A DNA stretch of 64,000 nt, taken from NCBI GenBank assembly GCA_964558575.1, contig CAZLEQ010000004.1:28156-92155 (forward strand). The letters are read 5' to 3'. Shown piece after piece: positions 49,317 to 58,085 of this stretch. Each line of letters starts with the position of its first letter. Position 1 is the first letter of the stretch. The notes under the pieces are model-generated. The model was not told where the DNA came from. It searched no databases and saw nothing but the letters and a program-made list of their open reading frames with translations. Position numbers and translations under genes: made by a program. Source of the stretch: an uncultured Acidimicrobiaceae bacterium (GTDB lineage Bacteria; Actinomycetota; Acidimicrobiia; Spongiisociales; ZC4RG35).

Positions 49317-49574
49317 AGGAATCACCCTCACTGCTCGGACGGCAAGTGAGGATCCCCAGTGGAACAGACGCCTGTCGGCTGACTGCTCCCGCTCCGCGGC
49401 TGGGGCTTCGCTCCGCGCGTCCCGCGAATGTCCAGTCTCTGACGGGCGCGGTAGCTGCGGCGGACCGGCGTCTGTGGAGGTATGAGTCAGTCAGCAGTGA
49501 TGTGGTGAGGGTGATCCCCGGAGGTGCGACTCAGGTCCAGCGCCAGGAGGCACGCGCCCAAAGTCCGCCGCCGT

Positions 49575-50237
49575 TCAATCGTGGCACATCCACCAGAGGC
49601 GGGTGGCGGCGAAGCACGACCCGCCGGGGGTGACCGGCTTGTCGGGGCCGACGATGAGTGTGGTGGTGGTCGTCGGGGGGATCGTGGTCGTGGTCGGAGC
49701 CTGAGTGGTGGTCGTGGTCTTGGGGGGAGAGGACTGGGTGGTCGGCGAGCTCTTTGGTGCCGCGGTGGTCGTTGTAGTGGGGGTGGCAGTGCTCCCCTTC
49801 TTCATGAACACCACGGTGACGTAGAGGATCCCGGAGGCGGTGTCGGTGCCGATGCCCGCGTAGTTGTAGTCACCGAGGATGTTGGCCCGATGACCGGGAG
49901 ACTTCATGAAGGCGTCGTGGAGGCTCGACACGCTCCCGCCCCTTCCCACGTTCTCACCGAGCTTCGACCAACCGCTCCCGGCCGCAGCTTGCAGTTCGGC
50001 ACTGGTGGAGTGGTAGATCTCGCCCTTGGCGATCATGTCGGCGGTGTGCTTGCGGGCGTGCGACTGGAGCCCGCCGTCCATCGTCAACGGGGGGAGCCCC
50101 GCGGAGCTCCGGCTGGAGTTGATGGCGGAGAGGAATGACTGCTCGGACCCGGAGTCGGCGCCTGCCGACGCAGCGAGGCCGAAAGTGGCCAGTGCAACCA
50201 CCAGGAGGATGTGTAGCCAGCGGGTCCTTCCCAACAT
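49575..50237 (-). CDS. CAP (SCP/PR1-like) domain secreted protein with Thr/Pro-rich tail
   Basis: Signal peptide. CAP motifs (HSTSAELQAA...GENVGRGG...SPGHRANIL...YAGIG). Confidence 0.75.
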   Translation of the reverse strand: MLGRTRWLHILLVVALATFGLAASAGADSGSEQSFLSAINSSRSSAGLPPLTMDGGLQSHARKHTADMIAKGEIYHSTSAELQAAAGSGWSKLGENVGRGGSVSSLHDAFMKSPGHRANILGDYNYAGIGTDTASGILYVTVVFMKKGSTATPTTTTTAAPKSSPTTQSSPPKTTTTTQAPTTTTIPPTTTTTLIVGPDKPVTPGGSCFAATRLWWMCHD

Positions 50238-50310
50238 GTGGGGAGATATCGGCCACGGAGAGTGGCTCCTTTAGAGTTCGGTGCACCCGGCGTGATTGTG
50301 CCTCTGACCT

Positions 50311-51192
50311 TCAAATGCCGAACATCAGCTCCCGGAGGTCGATCACCGTGCCCTCGTAGGTGTCGGGATCGATCCGGATCGAGCCCAGTCGGAGCCCCGT
50401 CATTCCTTCACCGACGTTGGTCATGACGCGGAGCGTCTCGTCCTCGACCTGGAGGATCCCCAGACCGAGACAACCTCCCGCGCTGTCCTGCACCCCGACC
50501 AGCACCTTGTCGAGACGACCCAGGTTCAACCCCACCGGGAGGGTGGGAGCGAACACCGTCGGGCGGACCTTCCACCGTTCCAGCGGTGGCCGCAACGCCT
50601 TGGCGAAGGCCTCGGTCCGGCGACGGGCCCGATCGTCGGGACCGAGGGGGATCAGGGAGGGGTCGGTGGGAGCGGTCACCACGTCGACGTCCAGGAACCG
50701 TCTCAGCATCCCCACCACCGGCTCCATCTCCTCGCCACGTTGGAGTGCGATGACGAGGTCGGGTCGGCACAGCTCTGCCTTGTGGTACTTGAGGGTCTCG
50801 CCAGACACGCCAGAGGCGATGGCAGTGGTGTCGACCACGATGACGTTGCCGAGACGGCGAGCCCGTTCGACCATGACCGCAGTCGCCACTACCTGTTGCA
50901 GCACGAGCCGGGAGGAGCTGATCGCACCGACGAAGTGGAGAGCGTCCGGTTCGTGGGCGTTGGCAAGATCCGACTCGGAGTCGAAGACCTTCAATCCGAC
51001 GCAGGCGGGAGGGCCCACCGTCGATATGCCGATGTCGGCGTCGACGAGCACCGGCCGATGCCCGGCAGCGAGCGCGTGACGGACCGCATCCATCGCCACC
51101 GTGGTCTTGCCGGTGTCCAGCCCACCGATGAGCATGGTGACGCCGGGCGACGCCGCCTGGCGGGCGAGGGCCTCGTGTGCTGGATCGGCCAT
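50311..51192 (-). CDS. Clp1/Grc3-like P-loop polynucleotide kinase family protein
   Basis: Walker A MLIGGLDTGKTTV. VLVDADIG. Clp1-like central region (NVIVVDTTAIASGVSG...RPDLVIALQR). Confidence 0.55.
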   Translation of the reverse strand: MADPAHEALARQAASPGVTMLIGGLDTGKTTVAMDAVRHALAAGHRPVLVDADIGISTVGPPACVGLKVFDSESDLANAHEPDALHFVGAISSSRLVLQQVVATAVMVERARRLGNVIVVDTTAIASGVSGETLKYHKAELCRPDLVIALQRGEEMEPVVGMLRRFLDVDVVTAPTDPSLIPLGPDDRARRRTEAFAKALRPPLERWKVRPTVFAPTLPVGLNLGRLDKVLVGVQDSAGGCLGLGILQVEDETLRVMTNVGEGMTGLRLGSIRIDPDTYEGTVIDLRELMFGI

Positions 51193-51257
51193 ACGCGCAA
51201 TATAGGTACTCCTTGGGGTTGGGCCTTCGGCCGGCCCGCGGGGTAGCGTCGCTACCG

Positions 51258-52082
51258 ATGTCCCGCCCGATCAGTTTCTTGTCGGACTTCGGCCACCACG
51301 ACGAGTTCGTCGGGGTGGTTCACGGCGTACTGGCCAAGCTCGCCCCCACCTCACGGGTCATCGACGTCGGCCATGGTTTTCCGCGCGGCAACGTCAAGGC
51401 GGCGGCCCTCGCCCTGACCCGTGCCGTGCAGTATCTGCCCGAAGGTGTGTGCCTGGCGGTGGTCGACCCGGGAGTGGGCACCGATCGCAAGGCGATCGCC
51501 GCCGATACCGCTTGGGGGGTGTTCGTCGGCCCCGACAATGGCCTCCTCTCGCCGGCGGTGGCGATGGTCGGGGGCGCCACCAGGATCGTCTCGATCGAGA
51601 ACCCGGAGGCGATGATCCCCTCTCCGGGCGAGACCTTCCATGGACGTGACGTCTTCGCCCCTGCCGCTGCCGTGCTGGCCTCAGGTGAGGCGGAGATCGA
51701 CGAGTTGGGGCCTGAAGTGTCCGGGGAAGAGATCATGCCACTGCTGTTGCCTCTCACCGAGCTGGAGGGGTCCTCGGTCTCAGGCGAGGCCTGGTGGGTG
51801 GACACCTTCGGAAATGTTCAGACCAATATCGCCCCGGATGACGCTGCGGCGCTCGGTCTCAGTCCCGGGGACACGGTGACGGTGAAGGTGGGCTCCACTC
51901 TCCACTCGGTGCCGTGGGTCACCTCCTACGGGGACGTCGTTGAGGGCGAGACGCTCATCCACGTCGACTCGGTGGGTCTGCTCGCCCTGGCGGTTCGGGC
52001 CGGGCGGGCCGACGAGGAGCTCAATCTCGCCGAGGGGGTGGCGGTGACCCTCACGTCGAATAGAGCAGCCACAGCTGGATGA
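51258..52082 (+). CDS. SAM hydroxide adenosyltransferase (DUF62, chlorinase/fluorinase-related)
   Basis: 274 aa from MSRPISFLSDFGHHDEFVGVVHGV. VDPGVGTDR and ETFHGRDVFAPAAA motifs. Confidence 0.7.
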   Translation: MSRPISFLSDFGHHDEFVGVVHGVLAKLAPTSRVIDVGHGFPRGNVKAAALALTRAVQYLPEGVCLAVVDPGVGTDRKAIAADTAWGVFVGPDNGLLSPAVAMVGGATRIVSIENPEAMIPSPGETFHGRDVFAPAAAVLASGEAEIDELGPEVSGEEIMPLLLPLTELEGSSVSGEAWWVDTFGNVQTNIAPDDAAALGLSPGDTVTVKVGSTLHSVPWVTSYGDVVEGETLIHVDSVGLLALAVRAGRADEELNLAEGVAVTLTSNRAATAG

Positions 52083-52424
52083 CGCCGGCGATGGCGATGA
52101 TCGCCAGCAGAGCGAGGATGACGACGGCGGTCGCTGGTCGCACCACCCGATCGTATGCCTCACCCGGCTCATTTCCCCATTCTGTGCGGGTTCACCGCCA
52201 TGGAGTGCGCAGAGCCCCTCAGAGAACGGTTGTAGGAAGGGTCCCCAGAAAAATGTCGGGGCCCCCGAATGGTGGCGGGGGCCCCGACTACATGAAGGAG
52301 GGTTCTCCACCGTGGGGCGGGCTGGGAGGCTATCCGTTCACATCTTGGGAACGTGCCCTAGATGTGAGGGGAGGAACCACTCCTTCCTGCATGCACCGCC
52401 ATATCGGCCACGGAGAGTGAAATC

Positions 52425-52685
52425 TTGAGAAGTTTATCTGTGAAATTCTTGACCAGAGAAGGCTGCCATCTCTGCGACGAGGCGAGACCGGTCCTGGAGA
52501 AGGTGGCCAGGAGCATGAACGTGACCATCGAGGAGGTCGACATCGACGGCGACGACGAGCTCACCAAGCTCTACGGGCTCAGGGTTCCGGTGGTCCTGGG
52601 CACCCACGATCGGGTCCTCGCCGAAGGGGTCATCGACGATCGCAAGCTGCTGAAGGACGCGCTGAGGGGGGAAGTCGACCTCTAG
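52425..52685 (+). CDS. glutaredoxin-like (DUF836/thioredoxin-fold) small protein
   Basis: FLTREGCHLCDEARPVLE CxxC motif. GGAGAG 7 nt upstream of a TTG start (alternative GTG at 52440). Confidence 0.6.
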   Translation: MRSLSVKFLTREGCHLCDEARPVLEKVARSMNVTIEEVDIDGDDELTKLYGLRVPVVLGTHDRVLAEGVIDDRKLLKDALRGEVDL

Positions 52686-52690
52686 GCCGG

Positions 52691-53815
52691 CTATCCGGAG
52701 AGCCCGACCGAGGCGTCGGCGTCACCCTCGGGTGGCGCCTCTCCGTTCTCGGGGGCTTCCCCGTTTTCGGGTGTCTCCCCGTCTTCGGGTGTCTCCCCGT
52801 CTTCGGTTGGCTCCCCGTCTTCGGGTGTCTCCCCGTCTTCGGGTGTCTCCCCGTCGTCACCGTCGCCCGCGTCCGCGAGACCACAATCGACCAGCGTCTC
52901 GTCTGCGTTCGCACCTCCGAAGCGGACCCGTTCGAAGGCGACCACCGCCCGCAGTTGCTCGTCGGTGAGGGCCTGGTGTCCCGGCATGCCACCGGCCACC
53001 GGCTTGTTGGTGTCTCCGTAGGTGGCTTCGAACCCGGCCGATCCCAGGAGGACCCACTCGACATGGTCCTCACAGGCCCCGAAGGTGGTGAGCACGCCGG
53101 TCATCGCCGGGAAGCTTCCCACCCCTTGCCCATCGCCGCCATGGCAGCCGGCACAGGTCGAAGCCGCGGTCACCGCCCCCGCGTAGAGATCGCCTCCCAG
53201 AGCGATGAAGTCGGTGGTGCCTGGGCCGACTCCTCCGCCGGTGAACTCGGAGCCGTCGCAGTTGACGATCTCCCCGGAGATGATGTCGACTCTCAACTCG
53301 GTTCCCTCGCCACAGGCCCCCGTCGCCGAGCCGCCCAATGTGAACAGAGCGAACAACGGTGCGACCAGGAGCAGTCCCACCAGCCAGCGGGGGAGGTCGA
53401 AATTGGTCCTCTCCCTGATGCCGGCGGTGGGGACGGTCACCACCTCCGGCAGGTGGGCCGCCTCTGCGGCGGTGACCTCCGCTGGGGTTGGGGCCCGGGT
53501 GGGGGCTGTAGCGGCAGCGGCGGCAGGGGCAGGGGCCTCCGCCGGCTCCGGGGTCTCGATGACCGGCTCGGGTGCCGCCGGCTCCTCGGCGGCGTCCGGC
53601 TCCTCGGCTCTGGCCGTGTCCTCCGTCTCTATCTGCGGCTGATCTGCCTCCCCCGGACTCGCCTCGCTCGAAGGGGAGGAGACCGCCTCGCCTCCGGCCC
53701 AGGCGGCGAGGATCTCGTCCACGTTCGCCCCGGTCTCGGCGGCGCGCGCCTCCGCCGAGCGCTGTACCAGCGTCTCGGGCAGACCCATCGCCTCGGCTGC
53801 GGCGCTGAGGCTCAC
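52691..53815 (-). CDS. membrane-anchored monoheme c-type cytochrome, CcoO-like, with long cytoplasmic N-terminal extension and acidic C-terminal repeats
   Basis: 374 aa. N-terminus MSLSAAAEAMGLPETLVQRSAEARAAETGANVDEILAAWAGG. One TM. CAGCH heme motif. C-terminal (DGETPE)n tail. Confidence 0.7.
   Translation of the reverse strand: MSLSAAAEAMGLPETLVQRSAEARAAETGANVDEILAAWAGGEAVSSPSSEASPGEADQPQIETEDTARAEEPDAAEEPAAPEPVIETPEPAEAPAPAAAAATAPTRAPTPAEVTAAEAAHLPEVVTVPTAGIRERTNFDLPRWLVGLLLVAPLFALFTLGGSATGACGEGTELRVDIISGEIVNCDGSEFTGGGVGPGTTDFIALGGDLYAGAVTAASTCAGCHGGDGQGVGSFPAMTGVLTTFGACEDHVEWVLLGSAGFEATYGDTNKPVAGGMPGHQALTDEQLRAVVAFERVRFGGANADETLVDCGLADAGDGDDGETPEDGETPEDGEPTEDGETPEDGETPENGEAPENGEAPPEGDADASVGLSG
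52741..52866. repeat. 18-bp tandem repeat (about 7 units, CCCCGTCTTCGGGTGTCT) inside the cytochrome c gene
   Basis: Read directly from sequence. Encodes DGETPEDGETPEDGEPTEDGETPEDGETPENGEAPENGEAP. Confidence 0.7.
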
Positions 53816-54591
53816 GATCCTCCTCCAGGAGCAGATTCGCTGAGATAGGCGACGAGGTCGTCGAGGTCCTCGGCGCTGAGATCGTGCCCCGGGTGCCCAC
53901 CGAACCCCCCGATGATGGCCTCGAATTGCGAAGTGGTGACTCTCGAGCCCACATCGGAGAGGTCAGGGCCGAGTCGCCTCGTGCCGAGGATCTGGTTGGT
54001 GTCGTTGAGTGTCACAGGGCCCAGTCCCACATCGGCTACCACCGGTCGCACCATCTGGGTGTGGCACGCCACACAGCCGGTGACGGCATAGACTTCCTGG
54101 CCACGGAGGGCTCCAGCCGAGAAGGCGATCTCCGAAGTGCGGGCTCCAGGGTTGTCGGTGGGGATCGATGGCCCCACCAGTCCCACCATGACGACGATGA
54201 TGAAGAGCCCGACGATGCCGGCGAGCACCGCCATCGGGTTGTCCTCGACTCCCACCAGCACGGGTGGCTTGTAGGGACCTGCGGGGACAGTCGGAGTGGG
54301 TGCTTCGGCCCGCTTCTCGGGGGTCTCGATCGCTACCTCCGGGGGCTTCGGCTCCTCGGCGGTGCCCGGTTCCTCGGCGACGGGCGTCTCCTCCGTCTCG
54401 GCCTGCGGCTGATCGACCACCTCCGGACTCGCCTCGCTCGAAGGGGAGGAGATCGCCTCGCCTCCGGCCCAGGCGGCGAGGATGTCGTCCACGTTCGCCC
54501 CGGTCTCGGCGGCGCGGGCCTCTGCCGAGCGCTGCACCAGCGTCTCGGGCAGACCCATGGCCTGGGCGGCGGCGGAGAGCTGGTCACTCAT
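53812..54591 (-). CDS. membrane-anchored monoheme c-type cytochrome, CcoO-like (paralog)
   Basis: 259 aa from MSDQLSAAAQAMGLPETLVQRSAEARAAETGANVDDILAAWAGG. One TM. CVACH heme motif. GTRRLGPDLSDVGSR and LVAYL CcoO-like elements. ATGA overlaps on both sides. Confidence 0.7.
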   Translation of the reverse strand: MSDQLSAAAQAMGLPETLVQRSAEARAAETGANVDDILAAWAGGEAISSPSSEASPEVVDQPQAETEETPVAEEPGTAEEPKPPEVAIETPEKRAEAPTPTVPAGPYKPPVLVGVEDNPMAVLAGIVGLFIIVVMVGLVGPSIPTDNPGARTSEIAFSAGALRGQEVYAVTGCVACHTQMVRPVVADVGLGPVTLNDTNQILGTRRLGPDLSDVGSRVTTSQFEAIIGGFGGHPGHDLSAEDLDDLVAYLSESAPGGGS

Positions 54592-56066
54592 CGGGCTCCT
54601 CCGACCTCTCGGCTCACCAGCACCTCCTGGGGGATCGCCCTCCCCCGGACGACGGTTCCGAAGATGATCCCCACATAGCCGAGGATCCCCAAGAACAGGA
54701 CGATCCCGAAGAGCACGCCGATCAGGACCAGAGTGTCGTAGGTGGCGCCGACGCCGCTCGCCCACCCCTCGCCGGTGTCAACATAGGCGGCGCTGTTGGA
54801 CCCGGCGATCCACGAATAGCCGGAGAGTATTCCGGCTGCACCGAGCGAGATGAGCAGACCCACGGCGCCCGAGATGGTTAGACGCTGGAATCTGCGTGCC
54901 TTGGCCTTGGTCTCCAGTTCCTTACCCACCATGCGGGGAAGGGCGGCGAAGCTGACACTCGACACGAGAAGGGCCCCGATGCCGGTGAGGGAGACGTATT
55001 CGACGGCCTCCCAGAAGGCGGTCAACGACGTCACCGAGCCCACTGACCGGAATCCGGCGAGGGCGGCTACGGCGGCGACACCGAACGTCAGGTAGAGACC
55101 GAGGACTCCGGAGAGCACTCCCGGCTTCTCACCCAGTCGAGACCACGATCCCTCCAGTGTCATCGAGACGTTGGCGGCATTGGCCAGTGCTCCGATCGGC
55201 CAGGCGAGGCCGAGGGCCGCGGCCACACCGGCGACCCAGCCGGGGCCGGGCCCGAAGAGCAACTGGGCGGCTCCCCACCAGACCGCTGCGAAACCCAGCG
55301 ACCAGAACCCGACCAGGGCGAGCTGACGGCTGGCCAAGGGGATGTCCAGCTCCTTGACCGTCGTGTAGTACACGAGACCCGAGCCCACCGTGACCAGGAA
55401 CATGGTCACGAACCCGGCGAGGAAGAACGTCTCGGCATACGCGATGGTCACCGCCGAAGCAGCCGGCACCTCGGAGGCCAGGTGGGCGACATAGAGGAGG
55501 GGCAGCCAAATGACACCACCGAGCACGAACCACAGAGTCACGAAGCTGCGCTGCTCCTCGCGTCTGCGAATGGTGTTGACCGTCACCAGGGCGGGCACGA
55601 ACAGCACCGCAGCCAGAGGTAGGTCGAGCCACCAGGCGAGACCGAGCGGCTGACGGCCGTTGCCGAGGCCGAAGGAGATGGCGAGCACGCCCAGGGCGGT
55701 GAGGCCGGCCATTCCGAGGAGGCCGAGCCCGGCGATGCCGGCCCCCCAAAGCCGCGCCCCGGTGAGTCGGGGAAGCACGTAGTAGATCCCGCCGACCAGC
55801 GAAACGGCACCGAAGCCGATCATGAGGGTCAGGTTGGCGGCGCTCTCCAAGCGCCCGTACGGGAGGGGCAAGAGCGATCCAAAGCGGAGGGCGATCAAGG
55901 AGAGGAGCTGGAGGGCGCCTCCCAGGACCAGGAAGACCCCACCCACCAGCAAATGGGTGACTGCGAGGCGGTCTTCGACGCTTCCGCCGCCGAGCAGGGC
56001 TCGCATGTCTGCTGTTCGGGTGTCAGTCAACCGTCTTCCTCGCACCAGAAGGGACGGCGGGAGCAT
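54588..56066 (-). CDS. cbb3-type cytochrome oxidase subunit I (CcoN) homologue lacking the canonical His ligand set
   Basis: 492 aa, 12 TM. GAVSLVGGIYYVLPRLTGARLW aligns with CcoN [23 protein letters not shown], but the TM2 heme His is Asn. Only two His residues occur in the whole protein. Confidence 0.6.
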   Translation of the reverse strand: MLPPSLLVRGRRLTDTRTADMRALLGGGSVEDRLAVTHLLVGGVFLVLGGALQLLSLIALRFGSLLPLPYGRLESAANLTLMIGFGAVSLVGGIYYVLPRLTGARLWGAGIAGLGLLGMAGLTALGVLAISFGLGNGRQPLGLAWWLDLPLAAVLFVPALVTVNTIRRREEQRSFVTLWFVLGGVIWLPLLYVAHLASEVPAASAVTIAYAETFFLAGFVTMFLVTVGSGLVYYTTVKELDIPLASRQLALVGFWSLGFAAVWWGAAQLLFGPGPGWVAGVAAALGLAWPIGALANAANVSMTLEGSWSRLGEKPGVLSGVLGLYLTFGVAAVAALAGFRSVGSVTSLTAFWEAVEYVSLTGIGALLVSSVSFAALPRMVGKELETKAKARRFQRLTISGAVGLLISLGAAGILSGYSWIAGSNSAAYVDTGEGWASGVGATYDTLVLIGVLFGIVLFLGILGYVGIIFGTVVRGRAIPQEVLVSREVGGAR

Positions 56067-56204
56067 AACTACTTCGTGGATTCAGTCCGTCACTGCATTG
56101 GGGACTGTCGGTGTCACGACCGCCGGGTTCTCGAACCAGGACCCACCTGTGGTAGAAACGAACCGACAAACGTCTTTTCCGCGTCTGGGATCTACGTAAA
56201 GAAC

Positions 56205-56834
56205 ATGTATCGCCTCGCAGAATTAAGCGACCTCCGCCGCAGGAGGATCGGCGGCGGCCTGCTCTTCCTCGGTTTGGCGGGCCTCGTACTCGGGGTCATC
56301 TGGATTCACTGGTCGTCGATCCCCGAGACCGAGTCGGTCAACGGTGTCGAGGTCCCGGTCGTCGTCGACTACCTCAACTGGTGGCCGCGCGGGATCCTCT
56401 GGAAGGGGGTCGGGTATCTGGTAGTGCTCGGAGCGACCACCATGACCTTGGTCGGGGCCACCTTCCTCTGGGTGCTCAATCAGAGAATGACCTGGGCCCG
56501 TGCCACCGTGGCCGCCATCATCGCCTGGGTAGCCCTGGTGTTCTACTTCGGGATGGTTCCCTCGGAGTGGCTCAACTACGCCCAGACCGACCTCGATTGG
56601 TCCTCGCAGCGGGCCGCCATCACCATTCCCCCGTTCCTGGTCCTGGGCAACACCGTCGACATCAGTTGGGCCGTGATCAAAGACTCCATCCAGATGGGCT
56701 ACAGCCTCGGCTTGCTCGGTTTCGCCGCCGTCCTCGCCATCCAGATGCAGAAGATGAAGGAGGGGCGGCCCCCCAGCGCCGCACCCGCCGAGAAGAAGTC
56801 GCCATACGGCCGCCCGCTGGTGAGGGGGAACTGA
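56205..56834 (+). CDS. 4-TM membrane protein, first gene of the Rieske/cytochrome b operon
   Basis: 209 aa from MYRLAELSDLRRRRIGGGLLFLGL. No family recognised. Its stop overlaps the ferredoxin ATG. Confidence 0.45.
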   Translation: MYRLAELSDLRRRRIGGGLLFLGLAGLVLGVIWIHWSSIPETESVNGVEVPVVVDYLNWWPRGILWKGVGYLVVLGATTMTLVGATFLWVLNQRMTWARATVAAIIAWVALVFYFGMVPSEWLNYAQTDLDWSSQRAAITIPPFLVLGNTVDISWAVIKDSIQMGYSLGLLGFAAVLAIQMQKMKEGRPPSAAPAEKKSPYGRPLVRGN

Positions 56835-57283
56835 TGCCCAAGGGAGTCATCGACGAGACCCCGCCGATCAGGGACGACTACCAGCTCGCGGTGGTCGAGG
56901 GTGACTACTTCGCCGACAAATTGCGCCCCAAGCAGTTCCTGCACATCGACCAGTCGGAGTGCATCCTGTGTGAAGGATGTGTCGACATCTGCCCGTGGAA
57001 GTGCATCCACTACCTGTCGCTCGACGCCATCGCCGAGGCGGTCAACGTGGACCACCCCGGGGAGGACACCCAGAACATGGGTTTCTTCATCGTCGACGAG
57101 GACGAGTGCACCCGGTGCGCGCTGTGTATCGACAGATGCCCGACCAACGTCATCACCTTGGGCAAGTTCGAAGGCTCGCTCGCCGAACAGGCGCAAGAGC
57201 TGGGTCTCGACCGTCGTCCCTGGGACTTGGACACCGGGCAGCGTGACTTCAAGAATGGTTACTCGTACGGGATGCGCTGGTAG
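56834..57283 (+). CDS. 2x[4Fe-4S] ferredoxin-like protein
   Basis: CILCEGCVDICP and CTRCALCIDRCP cluster motifs. Confidence 0.75.
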   Translation: MPKGVIDETPPIRDDYQLAVVEGDYFADKLRPKQFLHIDQSECILCEGCVDICPWKCIHYLSLDAIAEAVNVDHPGEDTQNMGFFIVDEDECTRCALCIDRCPTNVITLGKFEGSLAEQAQELGLDRRPWDLDTGQRDFKNGYSYGMRW

Positions 57284-57299
57284 GGAGGCGTAGGGATCC

Positions 57300-58076
57300 A
57301 TGGCCAACGGAAACGGCAGAGTCGGACTGAGAGAGCGAGTAAGGGAGGGCGCGGAGAAGGTCTGGAACTCACAGGTCGCCGAGTCGATCATGCGTCCCGG
57401 CTCACCGTTCAAACAGGGATACTCGGACAGCCCGAGGAACCGCTCCTACGTGGTGATGAACAACGTGCTCTATCACCTCCACCCGGTGAAGGTGAAGCGG
57501 CACGGGGTGAAGCTCTCCTACACCCTGTGCCTCGGGGGCTTGAGCTTCTTTCTCTTCATCCTGCTCACCATCACCGGCATCTTCCTGATGTTCTATTACA
57601 CCCCGACCGCGGAACTCGCCTACTCGGACATGGAGGCCCTGTCGACGGACGTGGCCTTCGGGTCGCTGGTGAGGAACATGCATCGGTGGGGAGCCCACCT
57701 GATGGTGTTGTCGGTTTTCCTCCACATGAGCCGGGTGTTCTATCACGGGGCCTACAAACCGCCGCGTGAGTTCAACTGGGTGGTGGGCGTGGTCCTTCTC
57801 TTCCTCACCCTGTTCCTCTCGTTCTCCGGCTATCTGCTGCCCTGGGACCAGCTGGCGCTGTGGGCGGTCACCGTGGGCTCCAACATGGCCGGTTTCTCAC
57901 CGGTGATCGGTGAGCAGGTCAAGTTCGCCCTCCTCGCCGGGGTGGAGGTGACCGGGGCGACGTTGCTCCGCTTCTATGTGCTCCATGTGCTCGCCTTCCC
58001 GTTCATCCTGGTCATCTTCCTGGCGGTCCACTTCTGGCGGGTCCGCAAGGACGGCGGAATCTCGGGGCCCTTGTAA
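57300..58076 (+). CDS. cytochrome b6-type (split cytochrome b, N-terminal heme-binding half)
   Basis: 258 aa, four TM. Bis-His pairs ([12 protein letters not shown] and [22 protein letters not shown]). PetB/QcrB N-domain pattern. Confidence 0.85.
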   Translation: MANGNGRVGLRERVREGAEKVWNSQVAESIMRPGSPFKQGYSDSPRNRSYVVMNNVLYHLHPVKVKRHGVKLSYTLCLGGLSFFLFILLTITGIFLMFYYTPTAELAYSDMEALSTDVAFGSLVRNMHRWGAHLMVLSVFLHMSRVFYHGAYKPPREFNWVVGVVLLFLTLFLSFSGYLLPWDQLALWAVTVGSNMAGFSPVIGEQVKFALLAGVEVTGATLLRFYVLHVLAFPFILVIFLAVHFWRVRKDGGISGPL

Positions 58077-58085
58077 GGAGTATCG

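Noticed and set aside
49003-49574. tmRNA / RNase P RNA / SRP RNA in the long intergenic gap
   Set aside because: None of the hallmarks were found (tmRNA GGGG...TTCGATTCC...CCA end, RNase P GGTGAAA/ACAGAA boxes, SRP GGAAG...CAGG domain IV).
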